Source: a virus
Taxonomy: Duplodnaviria; Heunggongvirae; Uroviricota; Caudoviricetes
DNA: 64,000 nucleotides
Strand: one strand, 5' to 3'
Virus record (IMG/VR): IMGVR_UViG_3300014205_000186
Location: 1 to 64,000 of that record
In this document: positions 27,258 to 37,397 of the stretch, piece by piece
Position numbering within the stretch: position 1 is the stretch's first letter
How the letters are laid out: each line of letters starts with the position of its first letter
Translations under genes and position numbers: made by a program
The notes under the pieces: model-generated
What the model was told of the DNA's origin: nothing
Database searches by the model: none
The model's input: the letters and a program-made list of their open reading frames with translations, nothing else

Positions 27258-27499
27258 AGTATTTATTTGTTCTTTTGTTATTTACTGGTTGTACAGATGC
27301 TTATACTGCTCAATGGCAAAGTATTGCTGCTGAACATAAAATAGAGCTATATTCTGGTGGAGAACTAGTAAAAGAATGGACTTCTACTGGTAAGGTTTTA
27401 TCAGAAGAAAATTCTGATGGTTATTATTTTAAAGATAAAATTACTGGGAAATTAGTAAGAGTTACTGGGGATTTAGTTATTACACCAGAAGGAAATTAA
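27251..27499 (+). CDS. putative lipoprotein
   Basis: MLKYLFVLLLFTGC signal peptide with lipobox-like LFTGC. Confidence 0.45.
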   Translation: MLKYLFVLLLFTGCTDAYTAQWQSIAAEHKIELYSGGELVKEWTSTGKVLSEENSDGYYFKDKITGKLVRVTGDLVITPEGN

Positions 27500-27501
27500 T
27501 T

Positions 27502-27909
27502 ATGTTTGGATGGTTTAAAAAGAAAAAGAAATCTAGTACAGTACCACAAAAACAACAGGTATCTTTATCAAGTTTTCCACCGCTTAAAAGATCTGAAAGC
27601 GTATCGCAACAACAAATTACATCTACAGACGATGGATTATTAACATCAATGGCTCTTGGATACGCACTAGATGACGGTATTATTGGTGGATTAATTGGTG
27701 GAAATCTTGCTGGTGGAATTATTGGAGATTCTTTAAATACAGATGAAGAAAAGAAATTAGATCAAGAACCACCAGAAGTTTCACAATCAGATAATAACGA
27801 TAGCCATTCATCTAGTAGTTACGAATCATCTAGTAGTTATGATGATAGTAGTAGTTCTTATGATTCTGGATCAAGTTATGATTCTGGGTCTAGCTCTTGG
27901 TCCGATTAA
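27502..27909 (+). CDS. low-complexity Gly/Ser/Tyr-rich protein
   Basis: IGGLIGGNLAGGIIGD and SSSYESSSSYDDSSSSYDSGSSYDSGSSSWSD. Confidence 0.4.
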   Translation: MFGWFKKKKKSSTVPQKQQVSLSSFPPLKRSESVSQQQITSTDDGLLTSMALGYALDDGIIGGLIGGNLAGGIIGDSLNTDEEKKLDQEPPEVSQSDNNDSHSSSSYESSSSYDDSSSSYDSGSSYDSGSSSWSD

Positions 27910-27948
27910 TTTGAAAATACAGTTAAAGATTTACTATAGAAAGAAAAA

Positions 27949-28275
27949 ATGAGAAGTTTTAATTTATGGGTTGGTTCTGGAAGATTAACAAGAGATATCG
28001 AATTACAGTATACTTCTACTGGTAAAGCTATTGGAAAAGGTGCTATAGCTGTAAACAGAAAACAAGGAGATACTGAAAAAACTTTATTTCTAGATTTTGA
28101 TGTTTGGGAAAAAGCTGCTGAAATTCTTACTGAGCATACCAAGAAAGGTTCTAATTTATTATTAAAGGGTAGATTAGATATGGACACTTGGGAAAAAGAC
28201 GGTAAGAAAGGCTCTAAAATATATTTAGTAGTAGAGGATTTTCAGTTTTTAGACAAGAAAGAAAAAGATGAATAA
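27949..28275 (+). CDS. ssb: single-stranded DNA-binding protein (OB-fold SSB)
   Basis: MRSFNLWVGSGRLTRDIELQYTSTGKAIGKGAIAVNR...LLLKGRLDMDTWEKDGKKGSKIYLVV: SSB-like pattern with acidic tail. Confidence 0.65.
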   Translation: MRSFNLWVGSGRLTRDIELQYTSTGKAIGKGAIAVNRKQGDTEKTLFLDFDVWEKAAEILTEHTKKGSNLLLKGRLDMDTWEKDGKKGSKIYLVVEDFQFLDKKEKDE

Positions 28276-28906
28276 TAATAAATCACATTTATGCGTAGTA
28301 ATGGATAGAAGCGGTTCTATGTCAAATATCGCAAAAGACATGGAAGGCGGGCTTAATAGCTTTATTAAAGAACAAAAAGAACTTCCTGGAGAATTAACAG
28401 TAAGTTTTTATAGATTTGATGATTTTTGTGAAAGAGTTATAGATTTTATTCCTGTTAAAATGGTAGGAGAATTAAAGCTGGAACCTAGAAATATGACAGC
28501 TTTAAATGATGCTATTGGAAAAGCTGTTAAAGAAACAGGAGAAGCATTAGCAAAAATGAAGGAAGAAGATAGACCAGCACTTGTCACAATAATGATTATC
28601 ACAGATGGTGGTGAAAATTCTTCTAGAGAATATACTGCTGAAATGGTAAAACAAATGGTTACCGAACAAGAAACTAAATATAATTGGAAGTTTACTTATC
28701 TAGGGGCTAATCAGGATTCTTTTAGTGTTGCTAGTAACTATGGAATTAATTTAACAGGCGTATCAAATTATGCAGTAGCTAATTCAGAAAAAGTATGGCA
28801 TGATTATAATAATAAAATGCTTAGAGCAAGAAGTGTAAGTGCTTCTGGCGGAAACGCAAGTATGGCTTATAGCGGAGTTGAAAGAGACGCATTAGAAGCG
28901 GAATAA
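28268..28906 (+). CDS. vWA (von Willebrand factor A) domain protein
   Basis: MIDAS motif CVVMDRSGSMSN plus vWA-like ITDGGENSS. Confidence 0.7.
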   Translation: MNNNKSHLCVVMDRSGSMSNIAKDMEGGLNSFIKEQKELPGELTVSFYRFDDFCERVIDFIPVKMVGELKLEPRNMTALNDAIGKAVKETGEALAKMKEEDRPALVTIMIITDGGENSSREYTAEMVKQMVTEQETKYNWKFTYLGANQDSFSVASNYGINLTGVSNYAVANSEKVWHDYNNKMLRARSVSASGGNASMAYSGVERDALEAE

Positions 28907-28968
28907 TATTAACGTTCTCAAAAGAGATTTTATTTTACATTACTTTAAACAATTAAGAAAAATTAAAA

Positions 28969-30111
28969 ATGCAACAGAAAAATAATGGATTTACTTTAGT
29001 GGAATTATTGGTTGTAATAGCTATTATTGGAATTTTAGTAGGATTACTATTACCAGCAGTACAAGCCGCTAGAGAAGCAGCAAGGCGAATGCAATGTTCA
29101 AATAACTTAAAACAAATAGGATTAGGTGTTCATAATTTTGAATCATCTTATAAGAAAACTCCATCAGCAGGACAATGTGGTTCAACTGGTTCTACAACAA
29201 CTCCTTATATGATTCATTCAACAGCTACTCAGTTATTACCATATATTGAACAAACAAGTATTTATAATTTATTTGATCATAATACTATACCATTTACTTT
29301 ATATGGTGCCACAAAGGTTGGAAATAATTATGTTTCATCAACTGGTTGTGTGTTACACCCAAATGCTAAAGGTTTAGCTTATGACGATCCTAATCATCCA
29401 AACGGACAAGTAGCAGCAAAAAGTCATATTTCAACATTTGTTTGTCCAACAACTCCGTTAGGTAAAGAGGGAAGAGATCCTTCTGGATATGGTGGATGGG
29501 ATTATATGTTTATTGACCTAACAGATATTATGGAAAATCAAACAAGTCCGCTTTTTGGAACTAGAACAACTCCTGTTGGAGGTACTTTATGGACTTCTCA
29601 AGTAAAAAAGGGAATGCTAACTTGTGATAATACTGGTTTTGGATCTGTTACAGATGGTTTAAGTAATACAATTTTATGTGTTGAAGACGCTGGTAGAGCC
29701 GCTCCTGGAGTTGCAACTTTTGGCGCTCTATCATCTAGAAAAACACCTGTTCCAAATCCAGTAGATATGATTCAAATGATTAATGGTAGTCATGGTAGAA
29801 GAATGCACGCTTGGGCTGATGCTGACGCTGTTACAAATGGTTTTAGCGGTCCTAGTAATTCTACTGGAAATAAAGCCGCAAAAGTAAACAATAGTAAATT
29901 ACCTATTGGTGGACCACCAGAATGCAGATGGAGTTTAAATAATTGCGGGCCTAATGATGAACCTTTTAGTTTTCATAACGGTGGTATTAATTGTGTTATG
30001 GGAGACGGTGCAGTTAAATTTATTGCAGATTCAGTAGACGCTATTTCTTTAAAGTGGACTGTATCTGGTTCTGATGGAAATATTGTAGATATAGATAAGG
30101 TTATTAATTAA
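28969..30111 (+). CDS. DUF1559 protein with prepilin-type N-terminal cleavage/methylation domain (Planctomycetes-type pseudopilin-like)
   Basis: N-terminus [51 protein letters not shown]; C-terminus [24 protein letters not shown]; both are hallmark DUF1559 signatures. Confidence 0.8.
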   Translation: MQQKNNGFTLVELLVVIAIIGILVGLLLPAVQAAREAARRMQCSNNLKQIGLGVHNFESSYKKTPSAGQCGSTGSTTTPYMIHSTATQLLPYIEQTSIYNLFDHNTIPFTLYGATKVGNNYVSSTGCVLHPNAKGLAYDDPNHPNGQVAAKSHISTFVCPTTPLGKEGRDPSGYGGWDYMFIDLTDIMENQTSPLFGTRTTPVGGTLWTSQVKKGMLTCDNTGFGSVTDGLSNTILCVEDAGRAAPGVATFGALSSRKTPVPNPVDMIQMINGSHGRRMHAWADADAVTNGFSGPSNSTGNKAAKVNNSKLPIGGPPECRWSLNNCGPNDEPFSFHNGGINCVMGDGAVKFIADSVDAISLKWTVSGSDGNIVDIDKVIN

Positions 30112-30365
30112 TGATTGTTAAAACCCTTTGTGGTATACTACTTAATCTTTTAATATTTTCTGTTGGGATTAATATATATTTATTTTTCCCTTATCAGGCA
30201 GCTATGTTAGAAAACGCTTCGTTAAAAGAAAGCTTATTTAGTGTTAAAAGGTATAATACTCTATTATTAATTGATAACACATACTATGAAGAAGAAAATT
30301 TAAGATTAAAAGAAGAAATTCTTACTATAGAGAAATATGTTAGTGTTTTAGACTGGAGTAAATAA
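30111..30365 (+). CDS. small membrane protein
   Basis: 84 aa with an N-terminal TM helix. Confidence 0.4.
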   Translation: MIVKTLCGILLNLLIFSVGINIYLFFPYQAAMLENASLKESLFSVKRYNTLLLIDNTYYEEENLRLKEEILTIEKYVSVLDWSK

Positions 30366-30907
30366 TGTTTGTCCTAGCTGATCTAGACGGGGTACTAGTT
30401 TCCTTTACGGGTGGTTGTGAAAAGATATTTCCGAATTATGCCAAAGATCATAAACCGTTAAATGATATGATAGCCCATTTAGATACTACTCCTAAAGCTT
30501 TTTGGGATGTTATAGATTCTTATGGAGAAGAGTTTTGGGCTAATCTAGAACCAGAACCTTGGGCTAATGAATTAATAGATATAATTAAGTTTTATGATAG
30601 AGATTTTATGATTTTAACCTCTCCAAGTAGATCGCATTATGCTGCTTCTGGTAAGGTTTTATGGCTTCAAAAGTTTTTTCATAAGAAATTTTCCAATTAT
30701 ATTATTACTCCAGCTAAAAATAAACAGTTATTAGCTAATAAAAAATCTGTACTAATAGATGATAATGATAGGAATTGTGAACAGTTTCGTTCTAGATTGG
30801 GTTATACAGTGTTATTTCCAAGAATCTGGAATCAAAATCACGAATTAGAAGATCAGAAAATAGAGTATACCAAGAAACATTTAGATTTGATTAGTAAATA
30901 TATTTAA
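30365..30907 (+). CDS. HAD-superfamily 5'(3')-deoxyribonucleotidase-like protein
   Basis: N-terminal LADLDGVLVSF resembles the DMDGVLxDF motif of 5'(3')-deoxyribonucleotidases. Confidence 0.5.
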   Translation: MFVLADLDGVLVSFTGGCEKIFPNYAKDHKPLNDMIAHLDTTPKAFWDVIDSYGEEFWANLEPEPWANELIDIIKFYDRDFMILTSPSRSHYAASGKVLWLQKFFHKKFSNYIITPAKNKQLLANKKSVLIDDNDRNCEQFRSRLGYTVLFPRIWNQNHELEDQKIEYTKKHLDLISKYI

Positions 30908-30936
30908 AGAGTATTTATTAATGTCTCTTTTAAAGG

Positions 30937-31470
30937 ATGTTAATGTCTATTACACTTACTATAGTAATATGTATACTTATTGCAGATTTTCTAACCGGTT
31001 TGTTTCATTGGGTACAAGAAGTTTATTGCGATGAAGAATATCCAATTATTGGCAACGCGATATGTAAACACAATCTAGATCATCATAAAGATCCAACTTT
31101 AATGGTTAGTATGAGTGGTATTATTACAACAAACTGGCAATCTATGAGTTTGGCAATGTTTGTTTGCTTATTATTTTGGATTTTTGGGATGTTTCATTGG
31201 TCGGTTTTACTTACGTTGATATTAACAGGGTTTGGTAATCAGGTTCATTTATGGAATCATCAAGCAAAAAGCGGTTATTTGGTACAGTTTTTAAAAGATT
31301 CCGGTCTAATCCAATCTCAAAAGCAGCATAGTCAGCATCATATCCCGCCATATAAAAGATGTTATTGTGTTCTTATTAACTTTAACAATGCTGTTTTAGA
31401 TAGAATATATTTTTGGAGAGGTTTAGAAAAAGTTATTGAAAAAGTTTTAGGAATTAAGACGAAAAGGTAG
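30937..31470 (+). CDS. integral membrane protein with histidine-box motifs (desaturase/hydroxylase-like)
   Basis: Multiple TM helices; His clusters HNLDHHKD, HLWNHQ and HSQHH. Confidence 0.4.
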   Translation: MLMSITLTIVICILIADFLTGLFHWVQEVYCDEEYPIIGNAICKHNLDHHKDPTLMVSMSGIITTNWQSMSLAMFVCLLFWIFGMFHWSVLLTLILTGFGNQVHLWNHQAKSGYLVQFLKDSGLIQSQKQHSQHHIPPYKRCYCVLINFNNAVLDRIYFWRGLEKVIEKVLGIKTKR

Positions 31471-31473
31471 ATA

Positions 31474-31950
31474 ATGAATAAAGATTTAACTAAAGAGAGC
31501 AATCCAAAAGACGCTATTGGAATTAAAAAAGTACCATTTTCTTGTGTTCCTGCTAATGTTATTGGTGAAATAGCTTTAGGTCTTATGGAGGGTGCTAGAA
31601 AATATCGTAGACATAATTATAGGGCTGTTGGAGTTAGAGGAAGCGTATATTATGACGCTGCACTTCGACATTTAATGGCTTGGTGGGAAGGTGAAGATAT
31701 TGATAAAGATAGCGGAATGTCTCATATATCTAAAGCATTATCTTGTTTAACTGTTTTAAGAGACTCAATGATGAACGATAATTGGACAGATGATAGACCT
31801 CCAAAAGTTCTTAATCAAGATTGGGTTAAAAATTTAAACGAAAAAGCAGCAGAGATTATAGAAAAATATCCAGAGGGATTAGAAGCTTATACAGAAATTA
31901 AAGACGGTAAAAATATTAAAGAAAGTCTTGAATTTCCTCCCGTCTCTTAG
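31474..31950 (+). CDS. DUF5664-like protein (dATP/dGTP diphosphohydrolase N-terminal-domain family)
   Basis: YYDAALRHLMAWWEGEDIDKDSGMSHISKALSCLTVL matches the phage DUF5664 pattern as recalled from memory. Confidence 0.45.
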   Translation: MNKDLTKESNPKDAIGIKKVPFSCVPANVIGEIALGLMEGARKYRRHNYRAVGVRGSVYYDAALRHLMAWWEGEDIDKDSGMSHISKALSCLTVLRDSMMNDNWTDDRPPKVLNQDWVKNLNEKAAEIIEKYPEGLEAYTEIKDGKNIKESLEFPPVS

Positions 31951-31980
31951 TATAATACATATGTTCACTTCACTTGTTTT

Positions 31981-32199
31981 TTGAAAGGGTTTTTTATGCG
32001 TTGGGAAGTTATTGTACCGATTTTATCAAGCGATCTATTGGCATTTGTTAATAGAGAGCTTTCTGCCAAGAATCTTTATAAGTCAGCGGTTTCAAAGGGT
32101 ATTGGTCCTGAGCTAAGACCATTAGTTAGAGCTGGTGCTGATAGAGGTCGTCGAATTGCTAGAGAGGCTTTACGAAGAAGAAACTTGTTATCTGTTTAA
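31981..32199 (+). CDS. small Arg-rich protein
   Basis: 72 aa; C-terminus RAGADRGRRIAREALRRRNLL; followed by a terminator-like hairpin. Confidence 0.4.
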   Translation: MKGFFMRWEVIVPILSSDLLAFVNRELSAKNLYKSAVSKGIGPELRPLVRAGADRGRRIAREALRRRNLLSV

Positions 32200-33082
32200 T
32201 TCAATAGACTGTGGCCCTCAACGAGGGCCTTCTAGTCTTTCTAGAATATTAGCTCAACAAAAATCTTTTTCAAAAGAACTAGCAATGTTAAACTTTCTTA
32301 TTTTCTCTAAAGACAGGGCTTGTCAATTAGACTTGCTCTTAAGAGGAATTAAACTTCTATTTCAACCAAACTATTCTAATAATTTTAATGTAAGTGTTTT
32401 ACATACATATTCAGAAAATCATAAAGATTCGTATGAAAATTGTAAAATAGAACATCCTAATATTAATTGGATACATGAAAATAGTTTTGAAGTACAAACT
32501 AAACAAATTATTGAGTCATTCCAATATACTTGTTTATTAACTGATGACACGGTATTTTTTAGAAAATTTTCTTTATTAGTCCCACCAAAACATAACGAGT
32601 GTTTCTCTTGGAGACTTGGATATAATACCGTAATTCAAAATCACGTAAATCAGGTATATCAACCTTTACTTGTTCCAGATTACTATTCTGATAATATTAT
32701 TTCCTGGAATCCAAATAGATATCCCGAATGGTTTAATTATGGGTATCCATTTTCTTTTGATGGACATGTTTATTTTTCTAAAACTTTATTAGATATAATT
32801 AAAGATAAAACTTTTAATAGTACTAATGTTTTAGAAGGGATTCTACATTCTTATAGATCAAATATTAGTAAAATTACATCAAATGTTCATAGTTCCTGTG
32901 TTAATGTTCCATGTAATAATATTAGTGGATTAACAGCTTATGGATCAAAACATGAATATGACATGAATTTTCTAAAAAACACTTATATGTCTGGGAAAAG
33001 AATAAGATTTGATTCATTTGATAAACCAATTAGAGGATGCCATCAAGAATTCGAATTTAACTTTTACTCTATAGGGGGATAA
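32135..33082 (+). CDS. hypothetical protein (true start probably the ATG at 32294)
   Basis: The 315-aa ORF as listed overlaps the preceding ORF and the terminator hairpin; internal start MLNFLIF at 32294 gives a cleaner gene. Confidence 0.5.
   Translation: MLIEVVELLERLYEEETCYLFNSIDCGPQRGPSSLSRILAQQKSFSKELAMLNFLIFSKDRACQLDLLLRGIKLLFQPNYSNNFNVSVLHTYSENHKDSYENCKIEHPNINWIHENSFEVQTKQIIESFQYTCLLTDDTVFFRKFSLLVPPKHNECFSWRLGYNTVIQNHVNQVYQPLLVPDYYSDNIISWNPNRYPEWFNYGYPFSFDGHVYFSKTLLDIIKDKTFNSTNVLEGILHSYRSNISKITSNVHSSCVNVPCNNISGLTAYGSKHEYDMNFLKNTYMSGKRIRFDSFDKPIRGCHQEFEFNFYSIGG
32213..32245 (+). terminator. rho-independent terminator candidate
   Basis: GGCCCTC-AAC-GAGGGCC GC-rich 7-bp hairpin followed by TTCTAGTCTTTCTAG. 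Confidence 0.45.
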
Positions 33083-33856
33083 ATGTATAAAGGCTATTAT
33101 GATCTCTCTGGAAAATACTGGTATGATCTAAAATATAATGCTAATAAACGAGGATTATCTTTTTGTCCAGATTTAACTATAGAATATGCTTGGGAACTTT
33201 TTTTAAAACAAAATAAGAAATGTGCTTTGTCTGGGTTAGATATAGCACTTTATCCAGATATTAAAACTAGAAATACTGCTTCGTTAGATCGAAAAGACAA
33301 TACAAAAGGATATTCAAAAGATAATATTCAGTGGCTACACAAGTCTGTTAATAATCTAAAGTATAAAATGTCTAACGAAGAGACTATTGAAGTATGTCGT
33401 AAAATATTCTTTAATGATTTAGCTATAAGACGCCCAGATTGGCCTGAATATTTTATTAATGTGGCTAAACTTGTTTCAACAAGATCAAGAGATCCAAGTT
33501 CAAAATGTGGGTGTGTTTTTACAGATAGTCAATATAGAATTATTAGTACTGGGTATAATGGAAATTTCCAAGGCGTAGATGATACAGTGTTTTCTTGGGA
33601 AAGACCGGATAAGTATTTTACCGTAGTTCACTCGGAAATGAACGCTTTAATATTTGCTAAAAGAGATTTACAAGGTTGTTACGCTTTTATAACTGGGATA
33701 CCATGTAGTAATTGTTGTAAGCATATGCTTCAAGCGGGTATAGTTAAAATATATTATGGAAATCTTACACCAAAAATGTGTGACGAAAAGGACGCTGTAA
33801 TTGTTAGGAATCTTTGTTCAATTAAAAACGTAGAATTAATCAAGATAGATATATAA
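33083..33856 (+). CDS. fusion protein: degenerate HNH_3-like domain (N-terminal) + dCMP deaminase (C-terminal)
   Basis: N-terminus ...KKCALSGLDIALYPDIKTRNTASLDRKDNTKGYSKDNIQWLHKSVNNLK (HNH_3-like, Arg replaces His); C-terminus HSEMNAL...PCSNCCKHMLQAGI (CDA/dCMP deaminase zinc motifs HxE, PCxxC). Confidence 0.7.
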   Translation: MYKGYYDLSGKYWYDLKYNANKRGLSFCPDLTIEYAWELFLKQNKKCALSGLDIALYPDIKTRNTASLDRKDNTKGYSKDNIQWLHKSVNNLKYKMSNEETIEVCRKIFFNDLAIRRPDWPEYFINVAKLVSTRSRDPSSKCGCVFTDSQYRIISTGYNGNFQGVDDTVFSWERPDKYFTVVHSEMNALIFAKRDLQGCYAFITGIPCSNCCKHMLQAGIVKIYYGNLTPKMCDEKDAVIVRNLCSIKNVELIKIDI

Positions 33857-33860
33857 CAAG

Positions 33861-36800
33861 ATGTATACATACGAAGAAGCATTAAATAACAGTATTAAAT
33901 ATTTTAATGGAAATGAATTATCAGCAAAAGTATTTTTAGATAAATATGCGTTAAGAGATAGTAATAATAAGATTCTGGAAGATACTCCAGATAAAATGCA
34001 TAGAAGATTAGCTAAAGAATTTGCTAGAATAGAAAAAAATAAGTTTGAAAAGCCACTGAACGAAGAAGAAATATATACTTTATTTAAAAATTTTTCTCAT
34101 ATAATTCCTCAAGGTTCTCCATGTTTTGCTATAGGTAATAACTATCAAATAGCTAGTGCTAGTAATTGTTTTGTTTTAGAGTCTCCGGAAGATAGTTATG
34201 GCGGGATTTGTAAAACTGATGAAGAATTAGTCCAAATATCTAAAAGGCGTGGTGGTGTCGGTATAGACTTATCTAAATTAAGACCAAAAGGATCAGCCAC
34301 AAATAATTCTTCTAGATCATCTACCGGAATAAAATCTTGGATGACTAGATATTCAAATAGTATTAGAGAAGTTGGTCAATCTGGTCGTCGTGGCGCACTT
34401 ATGTTAACAGTTAGCGTTCATCATCCAGATATACTTGATTTTATTACTGCTAAAAATAACGGAATAGATATTACAGGGGCAAATATTTCTGTTAGATTAA
34501 CAGATGAATTTTTAAAAGCTGTAGAAAATAATAAAGAATATGAACTAAGGTTTCCAGTTGATTCTAAAAATGTTGTTAAAACAATTTCCGCAAACGAAAT
34601 ATGGAATTTAATTATTGATAACGCTTGGTCTAGAGCAGAACCAGGAATATTATTTTGGGATAACATATTAAAAGAATCTATTCCAGATTGTTACGAAGAA
34701 TATAAAACTATTAGTACGAACCCATCCTTAAGAAAAGGAACGTTGATTTTAACTAGTGAAGGACCAAGAAGAATTGAAACTTTAGAAAATTCTGAATTTC
34801 AAGTCTATAATTTAAACCATTCTTATTCTAAGGCTGTTTGTAAATTATCAGGAAAAAATCAAGAATTATACGAAGTAGAACTATCAAGTTGTTTTAAGTA
34901 TTATGCCACAAAAGAACATAGATGGGCAACTAATAATGGAGAAAAAACAACTTTAGAATTGTTACCCGGTGATAAAATTCCAATCCTTAAAAAGGACAAA
35001 GTTTTTAATGGTAATTTAGGAACAAGAGAAGACGGATTTTTAATAGGTTGGTTTTTAGGTGATGGATGGTTAACTGTTAGAAAAGATAACAATAAAAATC
35101 AATATGGATTTATAATTTCAGAAAAAGATAAAAATAGTAAAATTGGTGATATTATTTTATCTAAATTAAGACAAATAGGATTCAATGGCGAATGGATAGA
35201 AAGAAGTAGAGAAAATGCAATTTGGTATGAAATTAATACACAAAATAGTAAACTAGAAGATTATTTTAATTTATTTTATAATCCATGTAAAAATAAAGGT
35301 ATATCAAAAGAACTATTAGAAAAATCTTCCGAAGAATTTATAAAAGGTTTAGTTGATGGATATTTATCTTCAGATGGAAGTATTGATGAAAAAAGACAAA
35401 AAATAACTTTTGTATCAAAAAATAAAAAACTTTTAGAAGATTTTTCTGAAATTTTTGGTTTTTATGGAATTAGAAGTTCGATTAGATCTTCAGAATCTAA
35501 ATCTAGTTTTCCTAATGGTAAAAATTATAATAAAAAATATAAAAGAAACGATCTATATATATCCGATTCAGACTCAATAAAGCATTTTCAAAAATTGTTT
35601 AATTTATCATTAGATTATAAAGAAGAAAAATTAAGAAAAATGCTTGTTAGAAAATCTAATAATATAAATTACGTAAAAGTAAAAAATGTTAATAAAACAG
35701 ATCTAAAAGAAGACGTTTGGGATATTACCGTTAATGATAATAATAATTGTTTTAGTTTAAGTCATTGTATAACCCATAATTGTGGAGAAATTACTCTTAG
35801 TGCTAATGATAGTTGTCGTTTATTAGTTATTAATTTAATGAATTTTGTTAGATATCCATTTGATTCTAATGCATATTTTGATTTTATGGAATTTTATCAA
35901 TCTGCTCAAATAGCACAAAGATTAATGGATGATATTGTTGATTTAGAATTAGAAAAAATAGATACTATAATTCAAAAGATAAAAAAAGATCCAGAAGATA
36001 TTCTTTTAAAAAGAACAGAATTAAATTTATGGCAAAATATTGAAAGGGCTTGTGAATTTGGTAGAAGAACAGGTTTGGGGATTACTGCTTTAGGTGATAC
36101 TATTGCAGCTTGTGGTATTAAATATGGTTCTGATGAAAGTATAGAATTTACAGAAAAGGTTTATAAAACTTTAAAATTTGGCTCTTATAGATCTTCCGTA
36201 GATATGTCTAAAGAGCTTGGGTCATTTCCAGCTTGGAATTGGGAAAACGAAAAAAATAATCCTTTTCTATTAAGAATTAAAAATGAATTTCTATATTTAG
36301 CCCAAGAAGATTTATTTGAAGTACCTTTTCCATATGATTCATTATTAAACGGAGAAGATTTATATAACGATATAGCTAAATATGGTCGTAGAAATATAGC
36401 TAATTTAACTACTGCTCCAGTTGGTTCTTTATCTATTCTAGCATCGTATTTAATTTCCTTAAAAAGATTATTTAATACTACATCTGGAATAGAACCTTTA
36501 TATAGCTGGAAACCGTTTACTAAACGTAAAAAGGGAAACCCTGGTGATAATGATTTTAGAACCGATTTTATAGATCAAAGTGGGGATCATTGGATGGATT
36601 TTGATGTTTTTCATAGCGGTATTACAGCTTTTTTAAATAAAAATCCTGGTTCAACTGTAGAAGATTCTCCTTATTATGGTGGAAGCGCAGAAGAAATAGT
36701 TTGGACACAAAGAGTTAAATTACAAGCCGCCGCTCAAAAACACGTAGATCATAGTATTTCTAGTACTGTTAATTTACCCGAAAATGTTTCTAAAGAAGAA

Positions 36801-37397
36801 GTCGATAAAATATATCGAGAAGCATGGAAAAGTGGGTGTAAAGGGATTACAGTATATAGAGACGGTTGTAGAACCGGGGTCTTAATTAAAAAAGAAGAAA
36901 AACTTGCTTTAACTAATGCTACAAAAAGACCAAAATCATTATCTTGTGATATTTATAACATTTCGGTAACTAATAATAAATATACTGTTGTTGTTGGTTT
37001 ACTTAACGGAAATCCTTACGAAGTATTTTGTGTAGCTAATTTTATTGATAAACATAAACATGGAGAACTTGTTAAGGCTGGTAAAGGGAAATATGTTATT
37101 AAGACAACAGACGGAGAGTTAGAATTATCAGATTATTTAGAAGATGATACTCAAAATGCTCTATTAAGAATGGTTTCTACAAGTTTAAGACATGGTGCTA
37201 GTATTAAGTTTGTGATAGAACAGTTACAGAAAACTAAAGGTGATCTAACTAGTTTTACTAAGTGTGTTGCTAGAGCGCTTAAAAAGTATATTCAAGATGG
37301 TGATGGTTCTAGTGAGAAGTGCGAATGTGGAAATCAGCTTATCTATCAAGAAGGCTGTTTAACTTGTAAAAGTTGTGGCTATAGCAAATGTAATTAA
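33861..37397 (+). CDS. nrdJ: class II (adenosylcobalamin-type, NrdJ-like) ribonucleotide reductase interrupted by an intein
   Basis: Extein motif TNP|CGEITL split by a 352-aa insertion; C-terminal Zn ribbon CECGN...CLTCKSCGY; RNR-like conserved blocks. Confidence 0.8.
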   Translation: MYTYEEALNNSIKYFNGNELSAKVFLDKYALRDSNNKILEDTPDKMHRRLAKEFARIEKNKFEKPLNEEEIYTLFKNFSHIIPQGSPCFAIGNNYQIASASNCFVLESPEDSYGGICKTDEELVQISKRRGGVGIDLSKLRPKGSATNNSSRSSTGIKSWMTRYSNSIREVGQSGRRGALMLTVSVHHPDILDFITAKNNGIDITGANISVRLTDEFLKAVENNKEYELRFPVDSKNVVKTISANEIWNLIIDNAWSRAEPGILFWDNILKESIPDCYEEYKTISTNPSLRKGTLILTSEGPRRIETLENSEFQVYNLNHSYSKAVCKLSGKNQELYEVELSSCFKYYATKEHRWATNNGEKTTLELLPGDKIPILKKDKVFNGNLGTREDGFLIGWFLGDGWLTVRKDNNKNQYGFIISEKDKNSKIGDIILSKLRQIGFNGEWIERSRENAIWYEINTQNSKLEDYFNLFYNPCKNKGISKELLEKSSEEFIKGLVDGYLSSDGSIDEKRQKITFVSKNKKLLEDFSEIFGFYGIRSSIRSSESKSSFPNGKNYNKKYKRNDLYISDSDSIKHFQKLFNLSLDYKEEKLRKMLVRKSNNINYVKVKNVNKTDLKEDVWDITVNDNNNCFSLSHCITHNCGEITLSANDSCRLLVINLMNFVRYPFDSNAYFDFMEFYQSAQIAQRLMDDIVDLELEKIDTIIQKIKKDPEDILLKRTELNLWQNIERACEFGRRTGLGITALGDTIAACGIKYGSDESIEFTEKVYKTLKFGSYRSSVDMSKELGSFPAWNWENEKNNPFLLRIKNEFLYLAQEDLFEVPFPYDSLLNGEDLYNDIAKYGRRNIANLTTAPVGSLSILASYLISLKRLFNTTSGIEPLYSWKPFTKRKKGNPGDNDFRTDFIDQSGDHWMDFDVFHSGITAFLNKNPGSTVEDSPYYGGSAEEIVWTQRVKLQAAAQKHVDHSISSTVNLPENVSKEEVDKIYREAWKSGCKGITVYRDGCRTGVLIKKEEKLALTNATKRPKSLSCDIYNISVTNNKYTVVVGLLNGNPYEVFCVANFIDKHKHGELVKAGKGKYVIKTTDGELELSDYLEDDTQNALLRMVSTSLRHGASIKFVIEQLQKTKGDLTSFTKCVARALKKYIQDGDGSSEKCECGNQLIYQEGCLTCKSCGYSKCN
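34725..35780 (+). mobile_element. LAGLIDADG-type intein inside the RNR gene (352 aa)
   Basis: Begins with Ser after TNP, ends ...SHCITHN followed by Cys+1; two LAGLIDADG motifs GWFLGDGWL and LVDGYLSSDGS. Confidence 0.75.
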
